Shown in pieces: positions 6,412 to 15,810 of a stretch of DNA of 30,213 nt (the stretch's first letter is position 1; the number at the start of each line of letters is the position of its first letter). The notes beneath the pieces were generated by a model. That model did no database searches, had not been told where the DNA came from, and saw only the letters and a list, made by a program, of their open reading frames with translations. The position numbers and the translations under genes are program-made. The stretch is from IMG/VR virus record IMGVR_UViG_3300010334_000190, positions 1 through 30,213 of that record; one strand, 5' to 3'. Origin of the DNA: a virus. Lineage: Duplodnaviria > Caudoviricetes.

Positions 6412-8981
6412 ACTGAATCCTCCAGTGGTGTTGAGACAGTGACAGTTGCATCAACCACTTTGATTGGCCGACCACCACTGTAAATCTGCCTGCTCGCAGC
6501 CATTGCCCCAGGCCCGACAGTGACATTGATCAGATCATCCTTTTTGACGGCTAGAACGTGCTCATTGTCAGAAGACACGGTCCACTCGCATGTTGTTCCT
6601 TCCACAACAGACGGTTGGCCAACAAGACAAGACACTTTTGTGAAGTCACTCGTCACGTACTGACCAAGAGGCTTTCCAATATCGGAAGCCTCTCCAATTA
6701 GAACTCTCGGCATCGCGACTGACTGCACTCCGCCGATCCACACAACTGCAATGTGGCACTTCGTGTCGTCATCGCCGCCGTAACCTTGTTGCGTCACCTG
6801 CACAAACGGGGCCTGCAGCGTGTGCGACAGCGCAGGATCAAGCTCATAGGACGGGTTTTCAATTCGCGAGCCATTTACTCGTTTTGAGCCGTTTGGCTGA
6901 AGGAATACGGTTCTAGGAAACCTCATTAGGTTCTTGCCAAGCGTAAACGTTGACGAAGTGTCTCCAAGGCCATTGCCTGACATTTGAACCGTAACCACAC
7001 CACCATCAGCAGGCACTGGATCGCCGCTAACAGACTGCACGCTTGAAGCTACAGGTGGTGGGCCGTTGGCAGCCAGTGTGACTGAATAGCTTGATGCAGG
7101 AAGTACACCGTTGTACACCCTAGCGTCAGCGTGCTGGGCGAGCGATGGCTCATAGATTGACCTCCTAAAACCACTCGGCGCAATTGGAATGCTGGTTATG
7201 TAGTACGTTCCATCGCATTGCCTTGCCACTCGAACGCGAACCTGAGACCAATTGCCGAGGTGTCGCGACTCATACATAGCCTCTTCGCAGCTGGCGGTGA
7301 CAAGCTGGATTGAAAACTCAGAGAAAACACGCCACCCTCCTTCGCCCTCGGTTGAGTACCAATAGTTTCGGTTCTCTTCAAATGCTGATAACACTTGAAT
7401 TAGGCTGCCAAGCAACGACGTAACGTGGTCTTTTGGATACCATGCCTCTGGGAAATGAAGCGTTCCAGTCAGAGGCCAACACGTCCCGTCAAACCTCGGG
7501 CGATAGTCGTACACAACGTAGACATTGGATTGATGCTCGGTCTCGTTCTGATCCATGCACCATTTGCGAGTCGCGTCGTCTGCTTCTGAAGCTCCACCTG
7601 TATTGAGTGTGTAGACGGTCGTTCGTCCTCCACGGTCAGTCAGCGTGACGGTGTCATAGCAGGGGCCGTTCTCCATAACCCAAAGAAGATCGCCGCAAAA
7701 GAAAGCTTCAGACGGAATGCTTTCGATTGCTGGCACTGAGCACCCAGTCTGTTCTTGTCGAAACAAACACACACTCGACTGAGAGTACGCTTGCTCTGGA
7801 TGCTCAGGAACTTCCTTCATATACGGAAATCCGTAGCCATTCGTGCGGACAAGCTCTTCGTTGCGAATCTGGTTTCCAGTGAGAAAGTTTGCTCCGTAGG
7901 ACTTCGCATTGGTTCGATAGATCGCTGAGTGAGTGGCATTTTTTGGCACAAGCCACTCGCCTAGACGATCGGCGCAACCAAGCATGTCAAACTTCCTCTT
8001 CCTGCTCGGGCAATCCGACGCTGGAACTTTGGCCGTCAGCAAGTACGGAACGTCTACATCTGCAAGTGACTGCGAATAGTGAATTCCACAGAGTGGAGTG
8101 TCGCCCTGTATCGTCACGTCCCACTCATTCCCGTATGGATCAACGTACCTCTGCTGACTTTCGCCGTTCAAGAACGACATGACTGCGTCTTTGTCCCAGA
8201 CGTACTCGCTTTGAGCGTAGAAAGGCTCAGTGCTGGAGGCGTACTGAAAGTCGTCAATCTTGCAGGCATACGCAAACGTCTTGTCTAGGACTTCAACGGC
8301 GCCTGCGTTCTCGGTGAACGGTGCGTATTGCAAATAAACCCACGATGTCCAGTCGTTGTTTTGCAGCCACCCCTCGTACTGGCCACGGTAATCACGAAAC
8401 ACAGTCCTGCCGACTGGGTCAGGTGTCATCAGGATGAGCGTGACCTCATTATTGATCAGCGCGCTTTGAGGAACGACAACGGTAGACGCACGGTCGCTTG
8501 TCTTTGTTTGCGTTCTAGTTTCAGCCTGCTCGTCAAACTGAATTGTGAACGTGTAGATCGGTTCAAGATTCTCTGCGGTGAACCGATCGCGCAGTGTAAA
8601 TCGCACCTCAACTTCGTCTGACTGCGCAAAGCTAACTCGCGCTGTGGCGCGAAACCTTGCCTCGTCAGTTACACGAAACACTCCGATGTCTTCTGGCCGA
8701 GCAATTGAGCGAGAGAAGCCATGCGTCGGCGTTGGTATTGCTGGCCAGCCATTTCTGAACAAAGGCTGAGAAGGATTGTCCTGAATGAACGAGTTTCCTC
8801 GAGTTCCCTTCGTGACAGCCTCAAAGCGAGCACATCGCTTAAACTCGAAAAGGTCTTCGCATGGAGGCTTGCAGCATTTGCTGCATGGTGTCGGAAACAT
8901 GAACCCAAGCGGATACATCCCTGCTGCAAACGCAAACACAGCCCACAGAATGACCGACAGAGGCTCAGTCGCATCAACCAT
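6378..8981 (-). CDS. large tail tip / receptor-binding protein candidate
   Basis: Third gene after the tape measure; beta-rich, Cys-rich; N-terminal hydrophobic helix then CSKCCKPPC; start ATG 8981 follows GGAG. Confidence 0.7.
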   Translation of the reverse strand: MVDATEPLSVILWAVFAFAAGMYPLGFMFPTPCSKCCKPPCEDLFEFKRCARFEAVTKGTRGNSFIQDNPSQPLFRNGWPAIPTPTHGFSRSIARPEDIGVFRVTDEARFRATARVSFAQSDEVEVRFTLRDRFTAENLEPIYTFTIQFDEQAETRTQTKTSDRASTVVVPQSALINNEVTLILMTPDPVGRTVFRDYRGQYEGWLQNNDWTSWVYLQYAPFTENAGAVEVLDKTFAYACKIDDFQYASSTEPFYAQSEYVWDKDAVMSFLNGESQQRYVDPYGNEWDVTIQGDTPLCGIHYSQSLADVDVPYLLTAKVPASDCPSRKRKFDMLGCADRLGEWLVPKNATHSAIYRTNAKSYGANFLTGNQIRNEELVRTNGYGFPYMKEVPEHPEQAYSQSSVCLFRQEQTGCSVPAIESIPSEAFFCGDLLWVMENGPCYDTVTLTDRGGRTTVYTLNTGGASEADDATRKWCMDQNETEHQSNVYVVYDYRPRFDGTCWPLTGTLHFPEAWYPKDHVTSLLGSLIQVLSAFEENRNYWYSTEGEGGWRVFSEFSIQLVTASCEEAMYESRHLGNWSQVRVRVARQCDGTYYITSIPIAPSGFRRSIYEPSLAQHADARVYNGVLPASSYSVTLAANGPPPVASSVQSVSGDPVPADGGVVTVQMSGNGLGDTSSTFTLGKNLMRFPRTVFLQPNGSKRVNGSRIENPSYELDPALSHTLQAPFVQVTQQGYGGDDDTKCHIAVVWIGGVQSVAMPRVLIGEASDIGKPLGQYVTSDFTKVSCLVGQPSVVEGTTCEWTVSSDNEHVLAVKKDDLINVTVGPGAMAASRQIYSGGRPIKVVDATVTVSTPLEDSVWSVTIKLANV

Positions 8982-8982
8982 T

Positions 8983-9711
8983 TCAGCACTCCACGGCAAT
9001 CAGTATGTATTCATCTCCTACCATCGTTAGTGCACAGTTTTTCGTGCCAGTGCCTGTGATGTTGGCAAAATAATTCATGGCCGGAACTGGCGTGCCAGGC
9101 TCAAAGCCGGTTACGTTTGTGACAGAAGCGTAGCTACCCTTTGGAAGTGCGCCTGTGAACGTACCGCGAAGAACTGCTCCGCCACCTGATTCAGCACTGC
9201 TGGAAGCAAGGCGAATGATTGCCCACTTTCCAGATCCTGTTCCTGACTCATTCCATAGAATCAAGCCTTCGCCCTTTGAACCAGACTTGAGTTCTGCTGA
9301 AGATGCTTTGCACGCAGCGAACTTGTCGCCAGCGGACGACACTTCAATTTTGCACAATACAGCACCACCAACAGCCACCCTGCCAATCTTGCCGCCGGCA
9401 ATCGGCTCAACAGCCACGCACCATGCAGTTGTCGTGTCTGTTGGAGTTCCGCCCGTCAGAACAGGCATCTCCTTATACGAAGTCGTTGAAACGCCCGTGA
9501 TGGCAAGGATGCCCCATTGTGGGACAGTGACTGTCGCTTGGCAGTAGCACCACGTATACGGCTTCAGTACCGGCGAGCCTTGAACGCCTTCGGTTCCGGC
9601 ATACGCTCCGAGGACGACATCCGCAGCATCCTGCGCACGGTTCCATGCTCGAGCAGAGATCGCACCGCGCAGGGGCTGGCCTGGCTCAATGCGTCCGTCT
9701 GGGCGTGCCAT
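8983..9711 (-). CDS. minor tail protein
   Basis: Position after tape measure+1; Gly/beta-rich; translationally coupled. Confidence 0.7.
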   Translation of the reverse strand: MARPDGRIEPGQPLRGAISARAWNRAQDAADVVLGAYAGTEGVQGSPVLKPYTWCYCQATVTVPQWGILAITGVSTTSYKEMPVLTGGTPTDTTTAWCVAVEPIAGGKIGRVAVGGAVLCKIEVSSAGDKFAACKASSAELKSGSKGEGLILWNESGTGSGKWAIIRLASSSAESGGGAVLRGTFTGALPKGSYASVTNVTGFEPGTPVPAMNYFANITGTGTKNCALTMVGDEYILIAVEC

Positions 9712-10556
9712 TACGAGGTTCCTATGCCGAGCACCGAGAAATCAGTCTCACGGTAGACCTGATTGACGTAGACAGTCTTTGGCCGCTTCAGCAGGTCATT
9801 GCCATCCACTGCGTCCTCGTACCGCACCCAGAGGTACTGGTGGCCTCCTTTTGTGATTCCGCCAATACTCCCGACAGATAGCCCTGTCTGGTTCTGCGAA
9901 GCTACAAAACGGAAAGCAAGGCTCCACGGGCCTTTTCCTTTTTCTTCGTCCCACTCCTGCGATCCAGTGCAGCCAACGAACAGCACCTCGCCACGCTGAA
10001 AGCCACGAAACGCCGAGAGGTTGGTTGTGCCAGTGACTCCAGCAACGCCGCGAATCCAGCCGCTTGTGATGTATGCGTTTGGCACGTCGTACGTCTCCTG
10101 CCACTGCAGGGCAGGCACGACAATGTCAACTCCGTTGACGCCGTTAGAGTCCACGCCTATGGCACCCTGCTGTGCCGGGCCAGTGCCGTACTTGAGCTCA
10201 CCATACGCCTGCGTGATGTGCTGCGTACCGCCAGACGTGTCAAACGACCGAGACCGCTTCAGAGGATCGTTACCATCATCGGCGCCATTCTTCTCGTACT
10301 GGATCGTGACCTGCCAAGCGTTGTCGCCAAGAAACGAGACGCTGTATTGCTCGGCCTTCAGCCTCATCGTCGGCAGGCCAGGGTATTCCCAGTAGCCGTC
10401 AGCGATGATCTTGGCGCTTGCGGCTGTATGAAGCTCAACGTCGTCGGTCGTGCCGAACACCTTGAACGACCTGACGTACGAGCTTGTCGCCTTCTTGCCC
10501 TTGCGGACAATCGTGGCCTGGCGAGAATCGCCGTCCTCAATCCATGTGAGTGCCAT
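9711..10556 (-). CDS. distal tail/hub-like protein
   Basis: Immediately downstream of the tape measure (TAATG overlap). Confidence 0.7.
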   Translation of the reverse strand: MALTWIEDGDSRQATIVRKGKKATSSYVRSFKVFGTTDDVELHTAASAKIIADGYWEYPGLPTMRLKAEQYSVSFLGDNAWQVTIQYEKNGADDGNDPLKRSRSFDTSGGTQHITQAYGELKYGTGPAQQGAIGVDSNGVNGVDIVVPALQWQETYDVPNAYITSGWIRGVAGVTGTTNLSAFRGFQRGEVLFVGCTGSQEWDEEKGKGPWSLAFRFVASQNQTGLSVGSIGGITKGGHQYLWVRYEDAVDGNDLLKRPKTVYVNQVYRETDFSVLGIGTS

Positions 10557-13500
10557 TACGCTGCGACCTTTCCTTCTTCGCCACTTCCTCTGGTGTTCTT
10601 TTCAATGCTTTCAAGCGTCTTGAGCTGCCGCTCGGCAAGCGAAGAACCGAACCCCATGCCGTTGACGTTTGCTGAGAACGTGCCGGCCACCTCGGCCTTG
10701 CTGGTAGCAGAGTCTGAACCTGCACCTTTTGCACCGCCCTCCGCAGCCTTCTGCGACGCAGACGCAGAGTCAATGTTCACGCGAGAGAACGCAGCGTAGT
10801 AGGCGTCAAGGAGCTTTGATTCCATCTCTCCGCTGACGTTGCCCCTCTGCATCAGAGCGTCAATGCTAGCGCCGATGTTCGTGATCTGTTCCAGCGAGGA
10901 CGCAGTCTCAAGGGACTTGAGGAGCTCGGCCGCTGTGGCTGCATCTTTCCGGCCTTCGCTCGCGCCTGTGGTGATGCTTGCAAGGTTGCCCTCTGCGGCA
11001 ACAGTTGCTGCTCGCCTATCGGCTGCCCTCTGATTGTTGGTGGCCTGCCTGCCCTCCTTTGTCGCCTGTGCGTCGTCCAGGGCGGCCTGCTTCCTGTCCA
11101 TCCTTGCGGCCTCGGCCTGGACGTTCTGTTCAGCTGCCTTGTTTAATCGAGCAGCGATGCCTGGCCGCTCCTGCATCCGCTGCTCGGCACGTGCTGCGTT
11201 CTCGTCTTTGATCGCCTGCACACGCTCTTCCGTGTCCTTAGCTCCCGTGATGAATCCCTGCACGCGAGTCCACGCGATCTGAATGGCAGCCACTAGGTTG
11301 TCAAACGTCGCCATCACACCGTTGGCGATGTTGTCAAAGAAGCCAAGGATGAACGCGCCCATCGCGTTCAGGACTGCAGCCGAGTCGGTGTAGATCTTGT
11401 CCCACGCGATGTAGATGCCCGTGCCGATGTCCGTGAATACATCTTGGAAGGCGGCAGTCCACGGGTCCACGTAGCTCATCAGAGCCTCGACGCCACGCAG
11501 CCATCCGGCGACAAGCCCGGCCCAAAGTATGTCCATCGCAGTGCCAAGGTCGCCAGCCGCGACGGCCTCGTAGATTCCGGTGAAGGTAGTGGTGGCTGTC
11601 TTTGACAAGTCGCCGAGGACGACCATGCCGTCAGAGACGGCAGTAGAGAAGCCGCCAGAGATAGCACCGCCGGCCTCTGAGACGTATCCCGAGACGCTTG
11701 AGAAAGCACCAGAAATCTGTGGGGCTAATTGTTTAACTGCCGCACCAACACCAACAGCAGCAGCAGCCAGCAAAGCAAATGGTGCCAACGGCGCCAGCCA
11801 CGCAGCTGCCACCGCTGCTGCAGACGCAACAGAACCTGCCACAGCCATTGCAGCCGCGCCGAGGTATGACGCAATTCCAGCCACGGCCCCACCTACAAAT
11901 GCCAACACGCCTGGCAGCGCCGAAGCTACCCATGCAGCACCAGACCTGACAGCGTTTGTGACGCTGGCAACTGCAGCCATAACAGTTGAGCCCACATATT
12001 TCGTAAGCAAACCTGCTGCTGCCGTTGCGAATGCCGCAAGTCCTGGCAACGCGGAGGCTACCCACGACGCACCCATCCGGGCAGCATTTGCGACTGTTGC
12101 TGCCGCAGCCATGTAGACATTGACCGCGTACTGAGCCAGCCTGGCGGACGCACCAGTAGCCCACCAGACGAACGACTTATACGTGAGCGTCAATCCGCCA
12201 ACGATGTCGCCAACAAAACGAGCCATGCCGGAGCCAGACACGGCAAACAACGCACCACGCAAAGCGCTCGACGCCATCACGACGCCGTTGAGACCTCGAA
12301 GTGTCGCAGAAAAGAATCCGGCACCGGCTGCGATTCCGCGATTGAATCCAGTGAAGAACACTGGAAACATTGCTGCAGCCGCAGTTGATGCCGCACTGCT
12401 GATCCGAACAAAACCAGCAACTCCAGACGTAGCGAATCCTGCCAGTGCAGTTGCTGATGAAGCGGCAAAGCCAGCCATTGCGCTAACGCCAGTTGCCGCA
12501 AATCCGGCCAACGCAGAGGCAGCAGTAGATGCAAACGATGCGACAGACGTAGATGCCGCTAGCATTGAACCAGCAACAGATTTCCCTAGAGCCATCGTCG
12601 CCGGCAATGCCAACGTGAAACTCTTGCCAACGCCCGTGACCGTTCCGAGCAGCATCGTCAATGGCGACAGGGCGAACATCGCCGCCTTACCTATTCCTGC
12701 AAAGCCAAACGATGTCACCTGAAGCGAGACACCTAGCCCGACCATTGCACTGCCAACCGCGACGGCAGCAACGGCGAACTTTGCAAAACCAGCAACAGCC
12801 TCTTTGTTCTTGTTGGCAAAGTCAGTCAGTCCGTCAATGAATCCAGTGATGAACGGCACCACGCTAGCGAGAGCAGGCGACACAGCGTCAGAGACTGTGA
12901 TCGCCATGCGCTGCAAGGCTGCGATCACGCTGCCTGCCGAGCCCGCCAAGCCGCTCATCAGGAGCTTGTATTTTTCGCCGACAGGCAGAGCGGATGACAT
13001 TGCATCCTTCATGCTGTTGAACCCGTCAACGCCGACTTGCGTGAAGATTGTTACGGCACGGATGGCATCTGACCCAAACACTTTGCCAAGCACTGCATCT
13101 TTAGTTTGTGCGTCAACGCCTTTGAGCGCCTTTTCAAGCACTCCGATCACACCAGCAGTATCAAGAAGCTGCTTGTCGGCGCCACGAAAACTGTCAAACG
13201 TCAGTCCGATTTTTGCAAGCGCACCAACGGCTTCGTCTGTCGGAACCTTCAGTTTCTGCATCATCGTTTTGACGCTTGTGCCTGCGTCACTTCCGACGAT
13301 GCCCTTATTGGCAAGCACCGCCAACGATGCAGACAAATCGTCAATCGACATGTTTGAAGTGGCGGCAACGGCACTGGCTTGAGAGAACGCCTGTGCCATC
13401 TCTTCAATGCTCGTTGCCGAAGCATCAGCAGCAGAACTCATTGAGTTTGCAGCAACGACAGAATCAACACCGAAAGCGTTCATCGCCTTGCTCATCACCG

Positions 13501-13942
13501 TGGCTGCAGTGGCTCCGTCCAGCCCTGCAACCTTTGCAAATTGTAGAGCAGCATTTCCGGCGCCATTGAGAACAGTCTCCAGCGGAACGCCTGCCTTGAG
13601 CAGCTCGAGCATTCCCTGTGCAGCTTCAGTCGGCCCGACGCCAAGGGCCTGGCTCATCTGCATTGCAGACGCTCTGATCTGGTCAAGCGTTCCAGCAGTG
13701 GCCCCAGTGCTGGCCTTGATGTTGAGCAGCGTTGACTCAAACGCAGCACCCTGCTGAACGGCAGCGGCAATCGGTGCCGCCATGCCAATGCCAGCAGCTG
13801 CGAGCCGGCCGCCACCCGAGGAAAGCGAGCGGCCCATATTGCCGAGAGACTTATTGACCCGGTTCAGTGCCGAGAAAAACTTCCTCGGATCGGCACCGAT
13901 CTCAACAAATACGCCGCCGGCTCTGACTGCTCCTGCGCTCAT
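10556..13942 (-). CDS. tail tape measure protein (TP901-family core)
   Basis: 1128 aa Ala/Gly-rich; LANKGIVGSDAGTS..., KVFGSDA; 11-residue periodic repeats; follows the chaperone gene. Confidence 0.95.
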   Translation of the reverse strand: MSAGAVRAGGVFVEIGADPRKFFSALNRVNKSLGNMGRSLSSGGGRLAAAGIGMAAPIAAAVQQGAAFESTLLNIKASTGATAGTLDQIRASAMQMSQALGVGPTEAAQGMLELLKAGVPLETVLNGAGNAALQFAKVAGLDGATAATVMSKAMNAFGVDSVVAANSMSSAADASATSIEEMAQAFSQASAVAATSNMSIDDLSASLAVLANKGIVGSDAGTSVKTMMQKLKVPTDEAVGALAKIGLTFDSFRGADKQLLDTAGVIGVLEKALKGVDAQTKDAVLGKVFGSDAIRAVTIFTQVGVDGFNSMKDAMSSALPVGEKYKLLMSGLAGSAGSVIAALQRMAITVSDAVSPALASVVPFITGFIDGLTDFANKNKEAVAGFAKFAVAAVAVGSAMVGLGVSLQVTSFGFAGIGKAAMFALSPLTMLLGTVTGVGKSFTLALPATMALGKSVAGSMLAASTSVASFASTAASALAGFAATGVSAMAGFAASSATALAGFATSGVAGFVRISSAASTAAAAMFPVFFTGFNRGIAAGAGFFSATLRGLNGVVMASSALRGALFAVSGSGMARFVGDIVGGLTLTYKSFVWWATGASARLAQYAVNVYMAAAATVANAARMGASWVASALPGLAAFATAAAGLLTKYVGSTVMAAVASVTNAVRSGAAWVASALPGVLAFVGGAVAGIASYLGAAAMAVAGSVASAAAVAAAWLAPLAPFALLAAAAVGVGAAVKQLAPQISGAFSSVSGYVSEAGGAISGGFSTAVSDGMVVLGDLSKTATTTFTGIYEAVAAGDLGTAMDILWAGLVAGWLRGVEALMSYVDPWTAAFQDVFTDIGTGIYIAWDKIYTDSAAVLNAMGAFILGFFDNIANGVMATFDNLVAAIQIAWTRVQGFITGAKDTEERVQAIKDENAARAEQRMQERPGIAARLNKAAEQNVQAEAARMDRKQAALDDAQATKEGRQATNNQRAADRRAATVAAEGNLASITTGASEGRKDAATAAELLKSLETASSLEQITNIGASIDALMQRGNVSGEMESKLLDAYYAAFSRVNIDSASASQKAAEGGAKGAGSDSATSKAEVAGTFSANVNGMGFGSSLAERQLKTLESIEKNTRGSGEEGKVAA

Positions 13943-14340
13943 ACGTGTTTCTGCCAGTCCTTGCCGAACAGCCGCTCAATGTCCTGCGGCGTGGCCTGTC
14001 GTGGCTTTTCCTTCTTTGCGTAGGGATTCAGTTTTCTCGGGTCAGACTTAGGCGTTCCCTTGTCTCTGTTGATGTTCGCCTGTTGTGCAAGGATGTTGGC
14101 CGTGTGCCACCACTGGTGCTCTAGGCGGCTGTCGCGAGCGGCGAAGAGTTGTCTGCAAGTCCACTCTCCTGGGTAGACTCCGAGGATTCCGGCGGCTTCC
14201 CAGATGGCGTCCCAGATGCTCCTGCCAGGCTCTCGATCGTCGCCTTCTCCAGACCCGCCTCCGCTCTGCCGAGCATCTCGTTTTGAACCTCGTCCATCTT
14301 GGACGCGAGAAGCCCGATCATCTTGCGGAGGCGCTGGGGG
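13939..14340 (-). CDS. frameshift extension (T part) of tail assembly chaperone G-T
   Basis: The -1 frame is open from the slippery site to a TGA overlapping the tape-measure ATG; encodes ...IWEAAGILGVYPGEWTCRQLFAARDSRLEHQWWHTANILAQQANINRDK...; absent from the ORF track. Confidence 0.8.
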   Translation of the reverse strand, partial: PPAPPQDDRASRVQDGRGSKRDARQSGGGSGEGDDREPGRSIWDAIWEAAGILGVYPGEWTCRQLFAARDSRLEHQWWHTANILAQQANINRDKGTPKSDPRKLNPYAKKEKPRQATPQDIERLFGKDWQKHV

Positions 14341-14678
14341 AAAAAATCGACAAGCTCTTGCTCAAGGGCCTTGGTTGCGGCGTCCAGAGAATCGCCACGC
14401 AGGCCGTCAAGGAAATCTTCCTTGCTTAGTCCCTTGGTCTCCACCTGCTTCGTGAGAAGTGCGTAGAGGATTTCGCCGATCTTGGCGTACTGGCTGCGGA
14501 GCACCTGGAACGTCTGCGAGATGTTCGCAGCATCCACCAGGTCAAACGGCACAGCCTTCCGGTCGCCAGTCTGCTCGTCCACTACGTCCACCGTGACGTT
14601 GTCGCGGACACGCAGCGCTGACGCGACGGTCAACGCCACCTGCCACGGCCTGCCCTGGTCGTCTCGAAACTCACGCAT
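14121..14678 (-). CDS. tail assembly chaperone (gpG-like)
   Basis: Between tube genes and tape measure; contains T TTT TTC slippery heptamer at VDFFP. Confidence 0.85.
   Translation of the reverse strand: MREFRDDQGRPWQVALTVASALRVRDNVTVDVVDEQTGDRKAVPFDLVDAANISQTFQVLRSQYAKIGEILYALLTKQVETKGLSKEDFLDGLRGDSLDAATKALEQELVDFFPQRLRKMIGLLASKMDEVQNEMLGRAEAGLEKATIESLAGASGTPSGKPPESSESTQESGLADNSSPLATAA
14340..14346 (-). other. -1 programmed ribosomal frameshift heptamer T TTT TTC
   Basis: In-frame X XXY YYZ; the -1 frame has a TGA a few codons upstream and no stop for 133 codons downstream. Confidence 0.8.
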
Positions 14679-15046
14679 CAGGCACCACCTCTAGTCAAAG
14701 ACCGATCAGTCATCTTTGCGTCAATCGTGAACGTCGCCACGCCGTCGATTGGGTCGTTTTCCGATATGCCGGTGATCACAGCGAGAAAATTAAAACCTCC
14801 TGCGCCGCCACTTACTTGCACGGGTGTGCCGGTGTGCATGTTGGAGAACGCATCGCCGAGTGCCTCGGAGTCGTTGAGCTCAACCGACACAGAGCAGTCG
14901 TAGCCTGTCTGATAAACCGAGGCTTCCCTGCTGCCGAAAGGATTGATGTCAATGGTGCGAGCGGTCTCTGTCAGCGTCACATTGCGAGCGCCTGAGACAT
15001 TCCCACCAATTGAGATCCTGCAATCCTTCCCCAGCGTAATTGCCAT
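14678..15046 (-). CDS. tail tube-like protein, paralog 3
   Basis: MAITLGKD...ETARTIDI...PIDGVATFTIDAK. Confidence 0.75.
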   Translation of the reverse strand: MAITLGKDCRISIGGNVSGARNVTLTETARTIDINPFGSREASVYQTGYDCSVSVELNDSEALGDAFSNMHTGTPVQVSGGAGGFNFLAVITGISENDPIDGVATFTIDAKMTDRSLTRGGA

Positions 15047-15367
15047 TTAGAATTCCTTGGCAGTCACGTTGTATGTCACGGCACCGTCAACGCTGATGTT
15101 CTCAGTCACGCTCATGACAGAGAATGAGCCGCTGGTTCCTGCGGCTTCCAGACTTGTGATCAGCCCGGTCGGATCGTGGCACTCAATCTCCCACGTCTTT
15201 GTCACAAAGCCCGCCTTAAAAGCCTTCTTACCTGGAGCACCTGACGAGCCGCCGATGTTGGTGCGGTTCGAGATGTCGATCGTTTCGCATTCCTGCGTAA
15301 ACGTGGCCGAGATGATTCCGGCCCCAAATGGAGCTCCTGTCGCGTCTTTTCCAAGAGTGATTGCCAT
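15047..15367 (-). CDS. tail tube-like protein, paralog 2
   Basis: MAITLGKD...QECETIDIS...SVDGAVTYNVTAK. Confidence 0.75.
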   Translation of the reverse strand: MAITLGKDATGAPFGAGIISATFTQECETIDISNRTNIGGSSGAPGKKAFKAGFVTKTWEIECHDPTGLITSLEAAGTSGSFSVMSVTENISVDGAVTYNVTAKEF

Positions 15368-15393
15368 TGTTTTTAGTTCCTGTGCTAGGTGAG

Positions 15394-15720
15394 TTAGGCG
15401 CTGCGGCTACCAGACACGGTGTAGGTGACAATTCCGTCGAGCGGTTCGCTCTTGCCGAGGCTTGTGCAGATGTAAGATGCGTTGCCTGTCGTCGTGCCGG
15501 AGACTGTGAACGTCCCGCCGATGCTGACGTTAGGTACGTCAACGCACTCAACCTCGATGGTCTGCTCAATCAGAGCCTTGCGGAACTTCCGCGACGTGTC
15601 GCCCAGCTTGGTCACGTCAATGTCGGATGCCGAGTTGGTGACGGTTGCAGACCGAGCGTTTGAAACGCCCGTGATCGTCACTTCCTTGCCGAGCTGTACG
15701 GTCGTAGTAACTTCTGGCAT
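15394..15720 (-). CDS. tail tube-like (major tail) protein, paralog 1
   Basis: VQLGKE...SASDIDVTKLGD...PLDGIVTYTVSG; the IDVT motif is typical of siphophage tube proteins. Confidence 0.8.
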   Translation of the reverse strand: MPEVTTTVQLGKEVTITGVSNARSATVTNSASDIDVTKLGDTSRKFRKALIEQTIEVECVDVPNVSIGGTFTVSGTTTGNASYICTSLGKSEPLDGIVTYTVSGSRSA

Positions 15721-15765
15721 GTGTTGCCCTCGTGTGCGAGTGCCAGCGGTGCGGCTGGTTCGCTC

Positions 15766-15808
15766 ACGGTATGGGCAGCAAGGCCGAAATTAGACCGGGT
15801 GTGCCGTC
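15766..15808 (-). promoter_or_regulatory. class I late promoter-like motif
   Basis: GACGGCACACCCGGTCT-N20-TACCGT; 17-mer identical to 25185..25201. Confidence 0.7.
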
Positions 15809-15810
15809 GC

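Noticed and set aside
10839-14051. Multiple plus-strand ORFs opposite the tape measure
   Set aside because: Antisense mirrors of Ala-rich codons with no independent signals
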